This document shows positions 25,418-28,513 of a stretch of 28,513 nucleotides of DNA, in pieces. Origin of the DNA: a virus; the IMG/VR virus record IMGVR_UViG_3300027690_000141; one strand, given 5' to 3'. The notes beneath the pieces are model-generated. The model did not search any database and was not told the origin of the DNA. It saw only the letters and a program-made list of their open reading frames with translations. A program made the position numbers and the translations under genes. Within the stretch, counting starts at the first letter, position 1. Each line of letters starts with the position of its first letter.

Positions 25418-25501
25418 TGTGTTTTATGTTTTGTGGTTATTATAAATGTAACACGTGAGACACGAATGTCAAGAGAAAACCTACGATATTTCAATTGGTT
25501 A
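25418..25501 (-). promoter_or_regulatory. Repeated promoter cassette, copy C
   Basis: IHF-like TTTCAATTGGTTA 25489-25501; TTGACA 25472-25467; N16; TG-T-TACATT; heptads TGTGTTT-TATGTTT-TGTGGTT 25418-25438. Confidence 0.88.
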
Positions 25502-25881
25502 TCGTTTTTACGAGCCGCCTACCATTTTTGGGGGGATTTGCAGTTCAATGGTTTCAAGATGAGAATAAGTGTAGTATGATTAATGTAGGACGTGTACGGA
25601 ACCCCGAGTCGGCGGAATTCTAAATTTACCCCCTATGGGAAGCATTTCAGCGGATAAACTGGTCGATCAGATGACACAAGAAAATCGAGCTACTTATGGA
25701 TTATCGCGATGATTCAACCTTTTTTTTGAACTCGTTTGCGGCTCGACACAGCGTTATCCCAATACAAGCCTTCTGCTACATGTGAGGTTCACCAGATGGA
25801 CCCAGTTTCGATACTGAAGAAAGGATGCTTTCCAAAGGAATGGAAAGATTCCGAATTTACAATCTGTCAGGAGGTGCCAAG

Positions 25882-28290
25882 ATGGGTAAGAACAACGACT
25901 CTGCTAGACCTACGATTACTGAGCCACCTGAGTACTGTGAGTACGCGAGCACGGCTTGCGATCAAAACTTTAATGATCCTCCCACATCTGACGGCTTATT
26001 TCTTTACCCGGCTGATCCAGAGATCATTGCTAGCACTATTGAAGAATCTATTTCTAAACTTCGATCAACGACCGAAGGCAAGCAGTGGCTTTCATGGAAA
26101 GACTTAGGCATTTCTGGTCAAATCATTTTCTGTAGAATTTGTAAGGCACTTCGCTTTACAAAGCTTGTGGTGGCGGACGTGACTACCCTTAATTTTAACC
26201 TTCTCTTTGAGATTGGCTATGCCCTTGGTCTTGGTCAACCAGTGATTCCTATCAGAGATACAAGCTACATCCGTGATTTAAAAGTATTCGATGAGCTTGG
26301 GCTGCTCGATACATTGGGATATATTGATTTCCAGAATTCAACGTCTCTGGCGCAAGATATAGCCAAACGAATTGGGGATACGCCAATTTTCCATCACCAT
26401 CCGAGTCTCAATACTGAGGTCCCTCTTTATCTGGTGAAAAGTTACATCCAAAGCGAAGGAATGATAAAGCTAATGTCTGCGTTGAAGAAATCAGGCCTAC
26501 GCTTTCGAACATTCGATCCAAGGGAAACATCGCGCCTATCCTTGCATGAAGCTTTCAGGCAGGTCTGTTCGTCGTACGGAATGATTGCTCATTTAGTCGC
26601 CCCTGATAGGGTAGGGGCTCCCGCTCACAATTCCAGGTGTGCGTTTCTCGCGGGAATGTCGATGGCTGCTGGAAGATTTACGTTGATGCTGCAAGAGACT
26701 GAAGTTAAGCAACCTATTGACTATAGAGACGTCGTTAAACCTTACAATAGAGCTGCCAACATACCGGATCTCCTTATCCCGCTTATAAGGGCGGTAGTTG
26801 AAATGCTCCAAGAAAAACGATTCATTGCAACAGCACTTCCTCTCCGCCAACTCGAGAAGATCGACCTTGGGGACTTGGCAGCTGAAAACGAAATTGGGGC
26901 ACTTCGGACCTACTTTGTTCCAACGGGCCAATACAATGAAGCCAAGAGAGGACATGCAAGGCTTGTGGTTGGGCGAAAGGGGGCGGGTAAGACAGCGATC
27001 TTTTATGGTGTAAGAAGTGCTTACAAGCCGAGCAGGGACCACTTGGTCCTCGACTTAATGCCCGAGGGTCACCAGTTCACCAAATTGCGTGAGACTATTT
27101 TACAACTATTATCACCGGGGTTTCGTCAGCACGTCCTCACTGCGTTCTGGAATTACGTCCTACTCATGGAGATTGCGCACAAGATCGCAAAAGAAGAAGA
27201 ACGCTATGCATATAGGGACCACCTCCTCAAGCAAGCTTACGAGAGTGTGTTTAATGCTCTTAGTTATAATACTCGACTCGAAGAAGCTGATTTCTCAGAA
27301 CGGCTACTGAGACTGGTTGACGACATATTAGATCGAAGGAAGGATATAGCAAATATCGCAGATGCTCCATCCGTTACTCAGCTTGTCTATAAACAAGATA
27401 TTGGGCCACTCAGTGCTGCTATAAGCGAATACCTTAGGATAAGCAAGAAAGAGGATGTATGGCTGCTTTTCGACAACCTCGACAAAGGATGGCCAGTTAG
27501 CCGCGCTATTCCAGAGGACATCATGATATTGAGATGCCTACTAGAAGCCACTCGCAAACTGCAAAGACAGTTCGAGGCAAGAAGGGTGGAATTTCACACT
27601 ATTGTTTTCATCCGAAACGATATCTATCAGCATTTAATCGTGGACCCTGCCGATAGAGGAAAAGAGACAGCGGTTTTGTTGGATTGGAACGACCCTGAGG
27701 TTTTTAAAGAAATCATCCGGAGACGGATAGTACATAGCACAGAACTAGATCAGCCGTTTGATGTCCTTTGGCCCCATTTTTTTGAAAGCCATATAAGTGG
27801 AGAGGAATCGTTTTCTTATATCTTAGACAGGACGCTTATGAGGCCAAGGGAAGTTCTTCGCTTCACACGAGAATGTATAAGCACTTCGGTCAATAGGGGA
27901 CACGAGAAAGTAACGCAAGAGGACATCCTGAAGGCTGAACAAACCTATTCAAATAATTTGTTGATGGATCTGACTTCCGATCTGAAGGATATAAGTCCAA
28001 ACTATGCTGACATTCCTTATGGCTTTATTGGGTGCAAAGCGGTTTTATCGATAGACGAGGTTATCCAGAGGCTAGCTGATGCGAAAGTTCCTACTGATGA
28101 AATGGAAAATGCCATTGATTTACTTCTATGGTTTGGTTTTTTGGGGATTTTCGTTAATGATGATGAAGAGAGATACTCTTTCAAATTTCAGTATGATATC
28201 AAGAAAATGCAAAGCGGATCGAGTACATTCGCATATTGTGTTCACCCAGGCTTTCGAATAGCTCTTGGGTGCGAGGAATCTTTCTTTTAA
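25882..28290 (+). CDS. NDT-like domain(s) fused to an Sll1717-type P-loop ATPase; candidate antiphage protein
   Basis: AGGAGG RBS before ATG 25882. LVVADVTTLNFNLLFEIGYALGLGQPVIPI (nucleoside 2-deoxyribosyltransferase-like), AAENE..L..YFV, Walker A GRKGAGKT, Walker B WLLFDNLD, FIRNDIY, RTLMRPRE. Confidence 0.85.
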   Translation: MGKNNDSARPTITEPPEYCEYASTACDQNFNDPPTSDGLFLYPADPEIIASTIEESISKLRSTTEGKQWLSWKDLGISGQIIFCRICKALRFTKLVVADVTTLNFNLLFEIGYALGLGQPVIPIRDTSYIRDLKVFDELGLLDTLGYIDFQNSTSLAQDIAKRIGDTPIFHHHPSLNTEVPLYLVKSYIQSEGMIKLMSALKKSGLRFRTFDPRETSRLSLHEAFRQVCSSYGMIAHLVAPDRVGAPAHNSRCAFLAGMSMAAGRFTLMLQETEVKQPIDYRDVVKPYNRAANIPDLLIPLIRAVVEMLQEKRFIATALPLRQLEKIDLGDLAAENEIGALRTYFVPTGQYNEAKRGHARLVVGRKGAGKTAIFYGVRSAYKPSRDHLVLDLMPEGHQFTKLRETILQLLSPGFRQHVLTAFWNYVLLMEIAHKIAKEEERYAYRDHLLKQAYESVFNALSYNTRLEEADFSERLLRLVDDILDRRKDIANIADAPSVTQLVYKQDIGPLSAAISEYLRISKKEDVWLLFDNLDKGWPVSRAIPEDIMILRCLLEATRKLQRQFEARRVEFHTIVFIRNDIYQHLIVDPADRGKETAVLLDWNDPEVFKEIIRRRIVHSTELDQPFDVLWPHFFESHISGEESFSYILDRTLMRPREVLRFTRECISTSVNRGHEKVTQEDILKAEQTYSNNLLMDLTSDLKDISPNYADIPYGFIGCKAVLSIDEVIQRLADAKVPTDEMENAIDLLLWFGFLGIFVNDDEERYSFKFQYDIKKMQSGSSTFAYCVHPGFRIALGCEESFF

Positions 28291-28513
28291 ATGTGCCTTT
28301 GCTGGTCTCAGTCACGTTTGGCCAAACCTAGCCTCACAGTGAGAATCATGCTGTCACGGGTGGCAGCAACCGCCCCATGCCCTCACGACCATTGGCATCT
28401 TGACCACCCCTTGTTCTCCTGATTTTCTTCTCTTGCCATTCGACTGTCAAAGGACTCAACACTTTGGTACGATTCCTGAATTCGCCTTCCATTGGCCACG
28501 CCCCGCAATGCAT

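Larger units (their letters stand above)
1..25501. mobile_element. Early/regulatory region of a prophage or ICE-like element (boundaries not visible)
   Basis: CI/Cro/CII-like switch, SbcCD-like recombination module, MTase plus SNF2 helicase, HNH endonucleases, dense co-oriented small hypothetical genes, no housekeeping genes. No integrase or att site is seen, so the element class is uncertain. Confidence 0.75.

Noticed and set aside
7892-25501. Repeated cassettes as a CRISPR array or integron attC sites
   Set aside because: Copies are kilobases apart, match promoter consensus and lack attC-type extended palindromes; no cas or integron integrase gene is seen.
147-25579. Many plus-strand ORFs in the track (e.g. 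147-608, 335-946, 4145-5167, 9649-10359, 20555-21199)
   Set aside because: Antisense shadows of motif-bearing minus-strand genes; Ser/Pro/Phe-rich with no recognisable motifs.
25502-25881. att site or element boundary
   Set aside because: No tRNA end, direct repeat or integrase is visible. Only a possible weak promoter (TTCAAG-N16-TATGAT, 25553-25580).
28291-28513. 3' end of a minus-strand gene entering from the right edge
   Set aside because: Two frames stay open for about 40-55 codons with no motif, so neither can be chosen.

Overview
This 28.5 kb window looks like the early/regulatory arm of a large temperate phage, prophage or ICE-like element. No integrase, structural, conjugation or host housekeeping genes are visible. 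Left part: a recombination module on the minus strand (sbcC-like ATPase truncated by the window edge and missing from the ORF track, an HTH protein, an sbcD-like nuclease, a putative annealing protein with an SSB-like DDEIPF tail). It is followed by a lambdoid-type switch (CII-like, Cro-like and a divergent CI-like gene, with a palindromic operator). From about 6.8 to 25.5 kb lie roughly 40 co-oriented, often translationally coupled minus-strand genes. They include a DUF932-like protein, an SNF2-type helicase, an NPPY DNA methyltransferase, two tandem-domain HNH endonucleases, DUF2958-, YodL- and SprT-like proteins, a GHKL ATPase-zincin fusion, two RHH proteins and many Cys-rich mini-proteins. 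The strongest non-coding signal is a dispersed regulatory cassette with three full and two partial copies. Each full copy has an IHF-like site at a fixed offset, TTGACA-N16-extended -10, then three tandem TRTGNTT heptads just before the RBS. At the right, a lone plus-strand gene encodes NDT-like domains fused to an Sll1717-type P-loop ATPase, a candidate single-gene antiphage system. All family calls come from motif recognition by eye, not from database searches.
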